64,000 nucleotides of DNA from Chrysomallon squamiferum (Eukaryota > Animalia > Mollusca), in the NCBI GenBank assembly GCA_012295275.1, contig CM022673.1, forward strand, positions 13,640,001 to 13,704,000, given 5' to 3'. This document shows positions 1-14,514 of the stretch, one piece after another; position 1 is the first letter of the stretch, and each line of letters starts with the position of its first letter. The notes below the pieces were generated by a model that saw nothing but the letters and a program-made list of their open reading frames with translations, was not told the origin of the DNA and did not search any database. The translations under genes were made by a program, and so were the position numbers.

Positions 1-2
1 AC

Positions 3-215
3 ATTCAGGCGACTTACGTTGACTGCCTGCACAAGTATGAAAACGCCAAACGCCTGCGCGGCGGCAGTGCGCTGGCCAAGTTCCTCACCAGACTGTCAGA
101 CTTGCGATCCATCAGCGCTGAACATTCGAGCCTGCTGGTGGATCTGGAAAAGTACGGGGAGAAGTTCCCATCTCTTATGACAGAGATGTACATAATGCCT
201 CCAGAGGGGACATAA
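3..215 (+). CDS. C-terminal coding segment (ligand-binding domain helices ~9-12) of a nuclear hormone receptor, NR1 subfamily-like; gene starts left of the window
   Basis: Frame 3 reads IQATYVDCLHKYENAKRLRGGSALAKFLTRLSDLRSISAEHSSLLVDLEKYGEKFPSLMTEMYIMPPEGT* (TAA 213-215). The pattern IQxxYxxxL...AKxLxxLxDLRSI...H...PxLxxE resembles H10/11 and AF-2 of EcR/LXR/RAR/THR/Rev-erb. GC-rich compared with the flank. Not in the ORF track. Confidence 0.85.
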   Translation: MQATYVDCLHKYENAKRLRGGSALAKFLTRLSDLRSISAEHSSLLVDLEKYGEKFPSLMTEMYIMPPEGT

Positions 216-847
216 TAACAGTCGATCCAAGACGTAAATGTTCTGTGTTCTGTTAGTGTTTGATACAAACTGATATTGTGATAGTCTGAAACTAAAACGT
301 GGAAGCTGATGGGCGCACAAGACTGACGATGTTGCGGTTGTATTATGACCCCTCCCCCAACACTTTCACCTCCCCAGGTGGTCATCCTGATAAAGGGTAT
401 CATGTTGTTTTTTTGAGGGGAAAGGTATGTTTTAAATTGAAAAACAGAAACATGTTTTGTCACTGTACAATGAGGCAGTGTGATATTTGTAATGCTACAC
501 TTCTGTCCTCAGTTCTTCGTCAGCTCCTAGACTGTTCTGTCAGAGTTTGACAGCTCTGTCACAGGTTGGACAGTTCTGTCAGGTTTTAGACATGTCTGTT
601 GACATATGGACAGTTCTCTGTCTGAAATATGGACAGTTTTGTCAATTTGTACAATTCTGTCACAGTGTGGTCACTTCTTTTAGTATTTGTATGGTTCTGT
701 CACACAAAAAAAAAAGTTCTGTCAGAGTTAATACAGTTCTTTTGGAATATGGTAAATAACTGGTGGGGGGATAATAATAAAGAATTCTGTCAAGAGTTTG
801 TACAATTCTGTCAATGTCTGTAAAGTTCTGATGGAGTTTGTACACAT

Positions 848-1082
848 CTGTCAGAATCTGTAAAGTCCTGTCAGATTCTGTAAAGTTCTGTCAAAGACTG
901 TAAAGTTCTGTCAGAGATTGTACAGTTATGTCAGAGACTGTACAGTTATGTCAGAGACTGTACAGTTATGTCAGTGACTTTAAATGTCTGACAGAGACTT
1001 TAAAGTTCTGTCAGAGACTTTAAAGTTCTGTCAGAGACTTTAAAGTTCTGTCAGAGACTTTAAAGTTCAGTCAGTGCTTGTA
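848..1082 (+). repeat. 20-bp minisatellite (CTGTCAGAGACTKTAAAGTT), ~11-12 copies; degenerate copies extend back to ~520
   Basis: Repeated tcagagactgtacagttatg / tcagagactttaaagttctg with period 20. Confidence 0.9.
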
Positions 1083-1553
1083 AAAAATTTGACAGTTCTG
1101 TCCATTTCCATTGAGTTCTTTTCAGGTGAAGAATGATTTCCTATACAAGAATTTACTTTCTGGATGTGAAAGTAATAACAAAAATGTGCCTTCTGTTGTT
1201 AATGGTGGTGAAACGATTCCTTTATACCTGTAAGAAGACTAAAAACACTAAAACATTTAAGAAATACAGAGTCACTTTGTGGTGAGTGGCCGTCACAAAT
1301 CCCAGTGCAAAACACTGTTATCCAGATTAAAATTCTCTCTCTCTTCAAGTCTGGATCATAAAAAGAACTGTGTGTTTTAAAAACTGAAAAAAGCCAGACA
1401 TTTTAAGGCAGTTTGAAACTGAAGTTTTGACAAATAATATTTGACTTGTTATAGTACATCTGGTTTTGAGAAAGGCAGCTGTCAAATTCTGTAGTGAGTT
1501 TTCTGTGATGAGGAATATATACATCTATCTACATACACACATAAATACACACA

Positions 1554-1602
<49 letters not shown>

Positions 1603-2010
1603 TACTAGCATATTGTACATAATACTGTTACAGCGTGATTCTTCATGTGATTATATATGTGTTATGACTACACGGTTGGAGAGTGCTTTATGTAATATAC
1701 CTTTCAACAGGCAACACATGATTTGTTAACATATTTACCTGCTATGTTTGTTTTGCAATTCAACATGGTTTCATTATTGCTATGAGCAAACATTTTAGTC
1801 TGTTTTCAATATCATAAATGATGTTTTAGTAATTGCCATGACATTAAAATATCTAGATTTTGATTTAGTCATATCTTTGATGGTGGAATTAACCAAAATG
1901 TGTTTTAATATACATCAGGTTACTGTTGTTTGGTTTTTTCATACCCACAGACAGCCACCAGTATTTTAATTACACTTGTTTTTATTTTCAACTTATTGTT
2001 TGAATTATTA

Positions 2011-2236
2011 CTGGCTGAGGATCCTTTATCTGAAATACTGGGACTGCAAGTGTTTCAGATTTCAGAATTTTTTTGGTTTTGAAATGTAAGGATAACCAGA
2101 AAATAATACAGTTGATTAAAATAATATTTTAAATAATTTCATTCCTGAAATAAAGTTTGTGAATGCTAAAACATCATTTCAGCTTCTGGCAAAAAGTTTC
2201 TGCTTTCAGAATTTTGGATAAGGAAAACTCAAGCTG
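2011..2236. mobile_element. Tigger/pogo-like non-autonomous DNA transposon (MITE), ~226 bp, decayed
   Basis: TA on both flanks. Left end CTGGCTGAGGATCCTTTATCTGAAA versus reverse complement of right end CAGCTTGAGTTTTCCTTATCCAAAA. The 5' 70 bp resemble, from memory, the Tigger4/MER46-type end CAGGTTGAGTATCCCTTATCCGAAATGCTTGGGACCAGAAGTGTTTCGGATTTCGGA. Confidence 0.7.
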
Positions 2237-3296
2237 TATTATTATTATTATTATTATTATTACTTTTCTTCTTATGATGTTAAAGTGTACTATATATGAC
2301 AAGTAAATTTTCTTAACACATTTTGTATACCCATAATATTATGTCTGTTTTTGTTTTTGTTTTTTTAAAGAGGCTCCCAACCTTTGCTAGATTTAAAGTT
2401 TGATAATGAAATATAGTATTAAGATTGCAAGCTGAACTAGGCAGTTTTCTGTTTTATTGTGGAATCTTTTTATTGACAGAAGTGAAGACTTTTCAAAAAT
2501 GTAATTTCTGCTGTTTTGTTCCACCATGGAAATTATAAAGTTAATTTAATAATAAAGGATATATAAAAATTATAAATATTTCTAGAGGTTAGTGACTTCT
2601 CATTTTTAACTGAGTCTTTAATGTTAATTTTACCTGATAGAAAGATGATAATTGTAGAGATTTAAAATGACAGTCAGGATGAAATATGTATAATAAATTA
2701 TTTTTGTAATGAATTTCTAAAACAAATCGTATTTGTTGTTAAACAGTTAAGTCTTTGACTTACATTAACTTTTGTAACTTCACTAACTGTGAAAGCTGTT
2801 TCTGTATGGGCCTCAGGTGAACGAACTTTTAAGAGGTTACTAACCTGAGAATTTCTCTTACGTCAGTAAATGTGAAAATATTATGAAAACTTCATATTAA
2901 AAACTCCAATAATTATGGACTCTTGGCTCTTTAGTTGTTTCAGTGAGGGTTTGTTTTGAAATAAAATACAGGTTTTTTCGGAATATTTTAGAATGTCCAG
3001 TGTGTCATTTCAGTCACATCATGGCCAGATTTGTTTTAATTTCTTTACATTTTTAACCTTTTTAGTTTTGATTTTCACAAAAAATATTAAATGTTTACAA
3101 AACACTTCAACTGGTTAATCCAGGCTGTCTGCATGGATGTATAATACATTGTAAGTGTCCATGATTTCACTGCCACTGATAGAAACTCTTAAATTTAGGA
3201 TGAAAACCACAATTTTGCCTGTTACAATTTTGCTTGCTAAATATTATAAAATACAGATCATCAAATATTAATCAGAAAGATAATAAACAGATTTTA

Positions 3297-3350
<54 letters not shown>

Positions 3351-4967
3351 CTGGAGAATTTGTAAAACTAATTAATCTCATAATTTAAATCTGTTTTGAA
3401 TTTTTTTCATTAGTAACACTGAAAATAATGAACGATATTAAAATGTTTTTATGCTTACTATGAAAATATCTTTAATACTTTTTTTAAACTTTTTTTTCAC
3501 AGATTTAGTTCATTTCATTTAAAGATTAAAAAGTGATCTTGTGGCAAGATTTTCAGACCATGGTTTTTTTTTTATTTATTTTTTGTTTTTTCATTCTGTG
3601 TGGGAGGGTATGTTGAATTAATGAACTAACTGGATTGAAATACAGTTACTCATTTAAGTTCAGTTTATTCTGAAATATTAAAAAAAAGCAATAAAAACAA
3701 AAATTAGTTACAAAAGTGTGTAATGTAAAAAGTAATGTGGTTTGTTTTATGAAATGTAGTCTAGTTTCTGTGGTAAATCAGAGAGGATGCGAAACTGTTG
3801 TGATTTTCTCCTATTTCGTTGGGATAAATTTATTATTTTATTTTTTATTTTCAAAATTTGTGTGACTTTAGAGCATAGAGTTTCCCTAAAACATTCTTAG
3901 AGTGAATGTCTTTTTTTTCTAAAACCTGATTCTTGCATTAATCTTGTTTTAAAATTTTCTGTTAAATAGCAAATAATGGTGTTAAAGACATTTTTGTCTA
4001 TAAAAAAAAATTATAATGGAAGAAAATTGTATTAAATATCTTTCTTTGTAACTGGTTATTTTTATTTGCATGGATTGTTTCTCTTAAACCAGTAGCATTC
4101 AAAATTGGCTGACCAATTACAAAAATAAGTTGATTTTTATAGCAACAACAGATTGTAAAATAATAAATTTTAAAAAATAAATTATAATTGTTACACAAAC
4201 AATTTTAGCATAATAAGAATAATAATTTTTATCTTTGTTACTGTTGAAAATGGACAATATATAAATATATATATATATATATGTTTTTTTTTGTTTGCTT
4301 TTTTAAATTAGCAATTATAATGTATTTGTTGTTCTTCGTATTTTGTTGTTAATCTATTATAGTCATTTAACATTATTTTGTTATTTGTTTTTCATACATT
4401 TCACTGCATTGACTGTAAGTGTGTACAGTAATCTTTATTATTAACATTTCATTATTAACATTCTGATGTTATTCAGAATGTTTTTAAATAAAATTATTCA
4501 GCATTTGGAACAGATTAACAATTTATTTATGAGGATGAAGATGATTTCAGATGTTTAGGGTTCATAATGTTGATATGTGGTTATAATAGGTAGCTTACTT
4601 CCCTTTATTCTTGTTACATTTGTTTTAGAGTTATCTCCCTCATAACCTGAAATGGTCAAACAGGGTTTGAAAAACACAATTTTTATTTGTTTTACATTTT
4701 AAATTTTCTGAAGGAAAACATAACGGCTGTTTTGCTAAATCATAATTTTATGTTCAGTGTAATTGTATATATTTTATTTTTAAAACTCTTTGATAGTAAA
4801 AATATAAATTTATGTTAAATTATGTGTAAATATTTTATTCCCAGCTGATGTGTTGCCTTAGTAACAGTATAAGAATATAAAATAAAATTACATTTTGCTT
4901 TTTTGTTTACACAATACATTTTTTTTTTAATTATTATTTTTATTCAAAAAAATTGTTTTTAATAATA

Positions 4968-5014
<47 letters not shown>

Positions 5015-8000
5015 TATTTGGTTAAAAATGCATTGGTGTCAGCTTCTTAATCTCAGGGAGAAAAACTAGTTCACAGTATTTTCATATATTAAATGTCACA
5101 GTGACAGTAAATATTTATTTTTGTCTGCTTTTGTTCTGTGAAATAAGCTTTGCTGCATTATAACAGCTACAAAGTAAGAGTGAAAGCAAAATTATCTTTA
5201 TTAAAACAAATTTAGGATTAAAAATGACTGTACATTTTACACAGACTGCTTATCATATGAGATAAACAACTCTAAATTATACATACAGATGTCTCTGTCA
5301 AACAGCACAAAGGTCAGTAACTGTTGGTTATTAGATATTTATTTAAAATCCATTTTACAGCTTGTAGGGAAATAATTCAGCAAAATTTATAAAACGGCTA
5401 CATATTGATTATCACTAATCTGGGATCACTGTGCAGATTAGTTATTTTCCTAGATTATTGAATATATTAGTAAAAGCTCAACCTTACTTTCAATTAACTG
5501 TAAAATAATAAAAAATTGAAATCACCTCCCTTGTATCTGATAGCAATATTTTCATCCAGTTTGATTAATAGACAAAGAGATAATAACAGTATTTAAATAA
5601 AATATTACAGGTTTTTGTTTCACTGAGCAATGTTGTTGTTTATGTTAAAAGTTAAAATGTTTATGATTTGGCAAAAACAAAACATTCACTTGTTTTTGAT
5701 GATATCTTTGTTTAATGTATTTTACTTCATAAATAACAAATGACTTAATCATTTAGAACTACTTTGCTTTCTTATCATTAAAAATATTTGTGTTTCATTT
5801 ATGTTAATACATTATTAAACTACCACATTTAAAATATAATAATAATAATAATAATAATAATGTTTAACAAAAAAAAAATTAAATAAATCTAAAATATATT
5901 TGTAAATTATTTTTGGTGATTTTTTCTCCCCAACGTTTTCTTGAATGAATATTCTTTTGTTTGATTATTAATTTTTAAAATAATTATTATATTTTTATTT
6001 AATTTGTACAAAGATAAGTATTTGTTGTAATTTATTAAAACAAATATTTGTACTGATATAAAATTACAAAGTTAATGTTATAATTATTTATTTTTTGGGG
6101 TAATATTTGATTGTTAAACTTTTCCAATCAAAATGTTATTAATTTTCTTCATTTTAATTTGTCAATTTCATAGGAAGGGAGATAACTCCGTAGGTTATAT
6201 TATTTCTGGATGCTGTCCTCTTGATAAATGTTAGCATACACAATTTATTTTGATTATGTTAGCAACATTTTCTATAGTTTTTTCATTTGAAATAATATAT
6301 AATTAGCTTCAGATATATTTTTTAAATGTAATTTAAAATCTGGAAAATATATAACAATAAAAATTAAATAATAATAAAATCATAGATGACTAAAATAGTT
6401 AGTGCCTTTTTATTTTTACATGAATTCTTTCATACAAAGGGTAATAATTATTGAAATATACTCTGAAGTAAAGGGAAGCAACTGCAATGTATTTTTATGT
6501 AAAGAGACATAATTCTGTACATAGTTTTCACCTGTAAGGGTTAGATAATGGGTGTGTATCATGCAACAGGTGTAATTCAGGGACAAAGAAAAATAATGCA
6601 AATACCACATTTTGTCTTGCTGAAAAATAAATATTTTGAAAATTTATTTTGTAAAGTGTTTCTTTCATTCCCTTTATTTTTTATTATTATAATTTTTGTT
6701 TTCTTTTCTTTTTTTTTTCTTTTTTTTTGTTACTGGTAAATATTTAAATTTAATTTATAAAATAATTTTTTTTTCAAACATTTTTTTATTATGATTTTTA
6801 ATACTGTGCCTTTTGCATTGTTGAATGTTTAGACACATTTCTCCATGATTTTGTTTCTTGTTATGGCAGCAGTTATAGTGGTAGTGTTGTTTTGTTCTTT
6901 TTCTTCTTTTTTTTTGTCTTGTGAACAGTTTTTGTGTTCTGAAAAGACTTGTTACTTAATTTAATATTCCACACATACCACAGCCAAATAATACAAAATG
7001 TTCTGGGTAGAATTTTTTGGCAATAATGACAGAATATTTTAATTAATAATAAATAATTTAAATAAAAATGATATCAGAAAGAAACATATTTAAACATTTA
7101 TTATTGTTATAGGTATTGTTATTTTCCTTTTTTGACATGTTTTAGAAATGGCTGGTATAACATATTTTTTCTAAATGGGCAGCACACAGATACCTCCATT
7201 TCTCAGTTTTTAAACTGACAAAGTAAATTACAGAATATTTTTGTTTTATGAAGTAGATTCCAAGCAATGATAGCCATAGGTAAATGACAGTATGTTGATA
7301 CAAATATATACTTCCAGTTCCAACATTGTATTTTTTTCATTTTTTTCCTGCACTTTTAAGTTCTAAAACTTGTTTTTAATTATTTTATTACACACACACA
7401 CACATTTGTGTATAGTTATTAAAAAGCTTATTATATTGAGAGATGATGTATACAATTTAATTAGATATTTTCACAACACTGCAGTCATTCATTTCATCTT
7501 ACTTTGTTTTTATTTTCACCTCGGACATCTTGTTCTTCACACTTTCAAAATGACACTGAAATCATGATAAGACTAAAAATTCATTTCTGTTCATTTATTT
7601 CAGTTTAAAATAAGTAATTTTACCTGACCCAGTCAGTCAGTTTTTTTTTATAGTGTTTTAAAGAATTGTTCTGTTGTGTATTGATTATATAAAACATTGA
7701 TTGTTATTTCAGAATGATTTCTTTAGAAAGTTGTTTAATTTACACAGTTACGAAGTTAATGAGCAATATTTCAGCTTCTGTTTATTATTCTGTCAAAGAT
7801 GAATTCTTTTTATTATACCAAATTTGTTTTCTTTGTCGGTTCCTGAACTTTTAAAATACACTTTTAGAAACAGAGATCGCTGTACTTTTATTCAGCTTTG
7901 ATTTTCAAATGTTGAAAATTAAAAACGTATAAAAATAAAGACACAAAGTATTTCAATGCCTCATGGTGTCAGTAAATTGATTTCTGATAATGAAAATTTA

Positions 8001-8753
8001 TTTTTTGTTTGCAAATGCTCAACAAAAAAGAGCTGTTTCCACTCTATCTGTTCAGAGTAAATGTGTACACAAATATGTATTTATATAAATAGTCATTTCA
8101 AATTGTTTGCCTAAAATTTTAATGAAAATAGTTCCATAGTTACACTTCATATTTTCTTAATTTTATTTCAGTATAACTTAAATGCCATTTTTACAGTAGT
8201 TATTATTATTTTCAAAAACAACTTTCATGATTTCTTCTCTCTGAAGTCTCCATTTCAGGGAGGAAAAAAAAAAAAAAAAATTAAAATCAGGGAATATTGG
8301 ACTGGGCAGAATCAGGGAAAATTCAGGGAATCAATAGTTTTTAAAAACTTTAAAAAATTTAGTTTTTCAAATTTGTAGTCACAGCTGTAACAGGCAATCC
8401 ATATGACCAGTCTGAATGATTTGCACAACATTGTCTCTGCTTCTACATTTAGATTTTTTTTTTTTATATATATCTTTTTTATAATTACAATGGATTTAGT
8501 TTTTGGCTTCTACAATTATTTATGATAGTGTTAATTCAAAGCTGAAACTAACATAAACCATTGGTATAAGTTTTATATCACATCTTTCAAATTTGTGTTT
8601 AATTAGTGTAAGATTTCTGACATACTACACTGCTCACTTTAACAATACAGCAACTTAAGTTTGAATCACCAGGCAGTGATGATGTGTGTATAACATTAAT
8701 TTTTTTTTGTTTGTTTGTTTGTATTTTATAAGTAACTAAATGGCATTAAATGT

Positions 8754-8785
<32 letters not shown>

Positions 8786-9015
8786 ATGTCTTGTTGGAAC
8801 TGGACACACATTTAATACATATTAATCATTAATTTTTTCCTATATTGTTTTTATTATAATTTTGTTTTTTTAAATTGACAGTATTGATGTATCCTTAAAC
8901 ATCAATAATTTAAACAATAAAGCTATGAAATGTGAAATATTTGTGTGTGGAGGAAAGATGATATTTCATGAATACAGAAAAAACATCTGTGAACAGATAT
9001 CTTTAATTTTTAAAT

Positions 9016-9046
<31 letters not shown>

Positions 9047-10147
9047 GTTTTCACTTCTAAATTTATACAAGCATCTAATTTACATATCACAAATTGTTTT
9101 TTTGTATTGTTATTTAAACAGTTAAAAACAACAGTTGAAATTTGTTTCTGTTCTTTCTGTTAATAAGAGTATGACATTATTAAAAATACACCTTGTTGTT
9201 TTCTACATTGAGTGAGTGCTATGTGATCATGTCATTGTTATTGCTGTTTCCATGGAAACTAATATGCCTTATTGTTATCACAGGTGTATATTTTGTTTTT
9301 AATGTTTTCATTTTTGTTTGGTGAAAATAAGACAATTGTGTAAATAACAGGAATTTTTAAATCTATGAAAAGTAGTTATTACATTTTAATATAAATGTGA
9401 AATGTTCATCTTGCAGTGAAAAGTTTTCCTATTAATAATTGTTCCAAACATGGCAAAGAATACTTTGTTTTTATATAAAAGATCATTATTTATTTTTAAA
9501 ACATACTTAACATACTCTTAGATTTAATTTGAAATTTTTTTTTTTTTGATTTAGACATCAATTAAACATACTGCATTTTGTTTTAAGGGATCTAATTTTT
9601 ATTCATTTAACATGCAGTGTTATTCTCTTTAAAAATATTTCAATGTGAACATTATCTGCAATTTTCTCAAGTTAGAAACAGCAGCAGTCAAATTCAGTGG
9701 TTAACTGTACAGAATTACTTTACAGACTTTTAAAACAAGATCTGCCAAGATCTTCTTTATTAACAGTACTAAATAGAGTATGACATTTTATAATCTGAAA
9801 CACGAAAAATCCAAGTCATTGCATTGCCATGTTTTTAATTATTAATATCTTTATATAGGCTCCATTCAGCTTGTATTTCATCAGTGTTAACATTACCAGA
9901 ACATTTCTATAGCTTTTTGTAATGTGAGAAATATCAACCATCCTGTCATTACATAGCTTGTTCTATACCATATTTATAACATTTTAATTAATTAAAGAAG
10001 TGATTCACATATATATTAACTTCTGAAGAATTAAAACTTCAAAGAATTTTGCTAAAGAAATATAATTACTACTAGTAGTTTAATACATCTCAGTTTCTTA
10101 AATCATTAAGATTTTGTTCAAAAATAATTTGTCTGAGTCACAAATTG

Positions 10148-10242
10148 TGCATTCACACTGCATGATTTGTAGTACCAACTTTTAGCACAAAACCTGGAAT
10201 GGCATCAGTACTGTACAATAAGATATTTAGTGTGAATGCAGC
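10148..10242. mobile_element. Small MITE-like element with 12-bp inverted termini (possibly PIF/Harbinger-derived)
   Basis: TGCATTCACACT (10148-10159) and AGTGTGAATGCA (10229-10240) are perfect reverse complements; the right end is followed by GC then TTA. Confidence 0.45.
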
Positions 10243-10364
10243 TTAAATGTGTGTTTTGATACAGGTACATGTAAACATATCCATTACAGGCCTTAAGCAT
10301 TAAATGTAAAACTCTTACCTCATAGCTAAACATTTAATTTTTAAATTATTTAAATGAGTTTGCA

Positions 10365-10400
<36 letters not shown>

Positions 10401-10802
10401 ACTTACAAAGGATCACATTATTTTAGTATAACTTTTTATATAACGTCATGTAATTGTAGATTTTTCTTAATAACCACCAGTTAATAAACATCTAATTCTC
10501 TTTCTTTCTTTCTACATTTGGAACTTTTTTTTTTCTAAAATGTTTCACATAGTTTTACAGCCACGCTCTAATTTCATGAGAAAACTACTATCTTATTACA
10601 TAGTTAATTAGTTATATATTGTAAATATGTACATAATTGTAACCATGGTGATAACAAAATCGTGGTTTGCTGGTTTAAGATTTTGCTCAATTGCTATTGA
10701 GTTTTCAGAGAGGCAGTCACACTGTAAGCGCTGCAGGTTGTGTTTATGAAATAAATGGCAAAATAAAAATAATGTGAACACGGACATGTTTTGTAGTTTT
10801 GT

Positions 10803-10833
<31 letters not shown>

Positions 10834-11269
10834 CTGAAGTTATGATACAAAGTTGTATTTATACTAGTAGATATTTTAAAAACTCCACTACAAAACTATA
10901 AATATAATAATAATAATAATAAAAAAAAAAGAACAGAATGAAGAAAAAGAAAACAAAATTAGCGATTTAACTGGTTATAGATGGAATGAAAAGAAATTTT
11001 CGTCAAAACATAAAGATTCATTAACAACAAAATTGGTGAAAATAATATATACCACTCAGTGTATGAGCGTTAAAAAAAAAAAAAAAAAACAATTAAACCC
11101 AACAAACAGACCCATCCAAAAAAAAAAAAAAAAAAAAAAAGAAAGAAAACTAAAACTGTTTTTTAATTTTTTATTTATTTCCTTACTTACGAAATATATG
11201 TACACTGCATTGTTTCACGTAAGTATAAATGTAAAGTTGACAGTTATGTTCGGACAACGTCCAATTCAG

Positions 11270-11750
11270 TTAACGTCCCGTTTCCAAGAGTGAGGCAATC
11301 TGTGACGTCAAGCATAGTGACTGTATATTAACGCACGGAGGCTGCATGGTCTAATTCACAGAATACGTTTTTGAGAAAAGTAATGTTTTAGCGTGTATAT
11401 AAATAACTGTAAGTACTTAAAAGGAAGTTTTTCATATGACTGTGTTAGATGGATCTTACAGCATCTCTTGCTATATTATCAGTATATGACCCAAACTCAT
11501 TGTTTAAAACATCTTCGGAATTACACGAGTCTGGTTACCTGCCCTTCATGTTGACTGGTGGTCAACTTCTTGCGCATTGCAAAACACGTTTTAATAGATG
11601 CAGCTCATCGCATGTTTTTACTAGACGCCAGTGAACAGTTCATGTTTATACCTTATATTTGTCGCGTAGTGTAGATCACTGACGTAGTATAAATATTTTA
11701 CATCATAAGTAATTTACGCCGCCAAATTATATCTGACTTCCGGTTAGGGC
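11270..11750. promoter_or_regulatory. CpG-retaining segment with a full CRE and an ETS core (putative enhancer/promoter)
   Basis: TGACGTCA at ~11303-11310 and ACTTCCGG at ~11736-11743. CpG dinucleotides return abruptly here after 10 kb of depletion. Confidence 0.3.
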
Positions 11751-11988
11751 AAAGATTAACATGAAATTCACCCCATTCTTCGTCATGGTGAACAATTCTG
11801 AATAACAAAACGTTTATTTGTTTATTTATAACATGTCCGATTTGAAATATTCAAAACTGGGTGCAAAGGAAAAAAAAAATGTGCTCTAACCACTTATGCT
11901 AACTGATATTCAGTGGCAGGGTGAGGAATTATTATTATGTCCGTAAGGAACAAATGATTGATTTAAAATCCAGTTCCTTATAAATAAA

Positions 11989-12038
<50 letters not shown>

Positions 12039-12952
12039 TATTATTATTATTATTACTAAAATACGTAATAAATAAAAGTTATCCTTCGAATCTCTCAGCA
12101 TATTTGAGTACAGTAAATTAAAAGGGAACAGTATACCTTGACTACAGTTCTGAATTTAAATATTAAACTTAGAGCTGTTGCCTAGATCAAACGTACAAAT
12201 ATTCTTTTCATTTTACTCAGCGACATTGCTAGACTGTACGAGAATTTTGTATACTAGATTTAACAGCATCTGTTACTGAGAAACTGGCACATAACAATCA
12301 TAGATTAACAATAATCCAGACTGCTTTTTCAAAAGGTTATGTATAGCTTGTATATTAATATTTTATTTCAGTCGGTTAAGGGGAAGATAATGATTGTTAG
12401 AGATTTTTTGCAAAGCAGATTTCTGCACTAAGAATGTTGATCTATCCCACTTGTAATCGTAGCTAATAAATTATGAATAACAGATTGAGAAATAAAAATA
12501 AAATAATAGTAATAGTAATAATAATGATGGTGATAATAAATAATTATAATAATAATAATCATGATAATAATAATAATAATAATAATAAAGAAGAAGAAGA
12601 AGAAGAAGAAGAAGAAGAAGAAAAAAAAGGAGAAGAACAATTACAGTTACAAATAAACGACATAAACAGAAGTGAATAAATAAATAAATAAAAATAACAA
12701 ACTTTAGAATATTAATCAGCGGAACTGTGACTGGACATAATTATTTCTACACGTTCACATATTTGTATCTACGTCACAAGTTCTGATTGTTATCGGATTT
12801 GCAACTACAGCTCTTGTCACATACTCTGTACCAAATGTCGAAAGGCAAATATGTATTTAACAAAGCCAAACCAGCTATGTTTTCTTGATCGACAGAAAAA
12901 CAACAATGTGAAAATGGATTTCAATTACATGGTATTAGAACTATTATACGTT

Positions 12953-13044
<92 letters not shown>

Positions 13045-13079
13045 TTTACTTATAATCACGCTTTCTAGGATAAAAGTAA

Positions 13080-13112
<33 letters not shown>

Positions 13113-13249
13113 AAAAAATAAATAATAAAAAAATATACGATTTTGTAATTTTATAACCGAAAACTTATCGTCTGTTGCTATCGATCATTACATAAAGGTT
13201 CCTGCACTAGCCTCTTTCCTGCTGCCACAAAACACATTTTATTCTTTAA

Positions 13250-14471
13250 AGTAACTGACGCGGAGAGTGGAACGTTTCCGATGATCACAGCGAAGAGGAC
13301 TTAGACTGGGACCGGTCGCTAGTTAAGGTGAGAGCTTTAATGCTAATTTGTAACCAACTTCTTTCGTATCACTTTTATATCAGTGTAATATTATTTCGAG
13401 ATACGCCTACATCACTGCCAGTGATAAGAAAATTGAAATTTATTTATTTATTTTTTGAGTAGTAATAACAATTTTGAACTATGTACAGTTCCCAATATCT
13501 TTGAAATCTGCTTTAATAGAAAATAAATAAATAAATAAAATAACGCTTATAAACATTAAATTTGAATAATATGAACTGTACTGGGGTTCGACCTTGCTGT
13601 TGCATCTCTTTCAGCACGCTGAGATTGTCATCATGTTTTTATAGAATTGTATAGAGAAGTCGTTTTGTGGATAGACAGATATATAAATTCAGAGAGAGAT
13701 GGACATATAAAACGCATGCGCACGCTGGATTGTAATTATGTTTTGGTAGAATTTTGTATATAAATTGTTTTACGGATATATGGATAGACATACAGACAGA
13801 CAGGTAGACTGTTAGGTAGACACACACGATGATGATAAAGATAGATATATACATACATAGATAGATAGATACAGAGATAGATAGATGCATAGATATACAA
13901 AAAATATCATGCAAATTGATATATAATGAACCAGAAAGATAGACAAAAAAAAAAAAAAAAAAAAAGACAAAAAAAAAAGACATGTTGATGGATAGATAAT
14001 GATACAGACAGAAAAACAGATAGACAGACAGACAGACTGACGAGACACTCGGATTGGCAGACATTTATGTAAACAGAAACTAAATGCAGAGGTCGTGCAA
14101 TTTCCTGTTCGCTTTTAAAAGAACACTTCAATTAAGTTTTTTTGTTTAATGACATTAAATTAATTTTACAATAAAAATTAAATTATAACAAACAATTAAG
14201 ATTGTTTCAAGGTAGATTTTCAGTATCTCTAACATTTTGAGTATTTGTGCGTGCATGTATGAGTGTGGTGTATATGCATTGATTGTAAATAGCAAAGGAT
14301 AAAAAGAAGACAATCCCATATAAATAATGACACACACACGCACACGCATGCACACACTAACACACATATGCATATGGGTGGATGGGTGTCGACATATAAG
14401 TATGTATTTATATGTAAAAAATAAAGAGAAAGATAAATAAAGAAAAGTCGAAAAAAGAAAAGGATAAGCAG

Positions 14472-14514
<43 letters not shown>

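Noticed and set aside
14-845. ORF-track entries at the left end (149 aa on minus and others)
   Set aside because: Antisense shadows of the nuclear receptor exon, or products of the degenerate 20-bp repeat.
8250-8345. Repeated TCAGGGAA motifs
   Set aside because: Probably a decayed repeat fragment; no termini definable.
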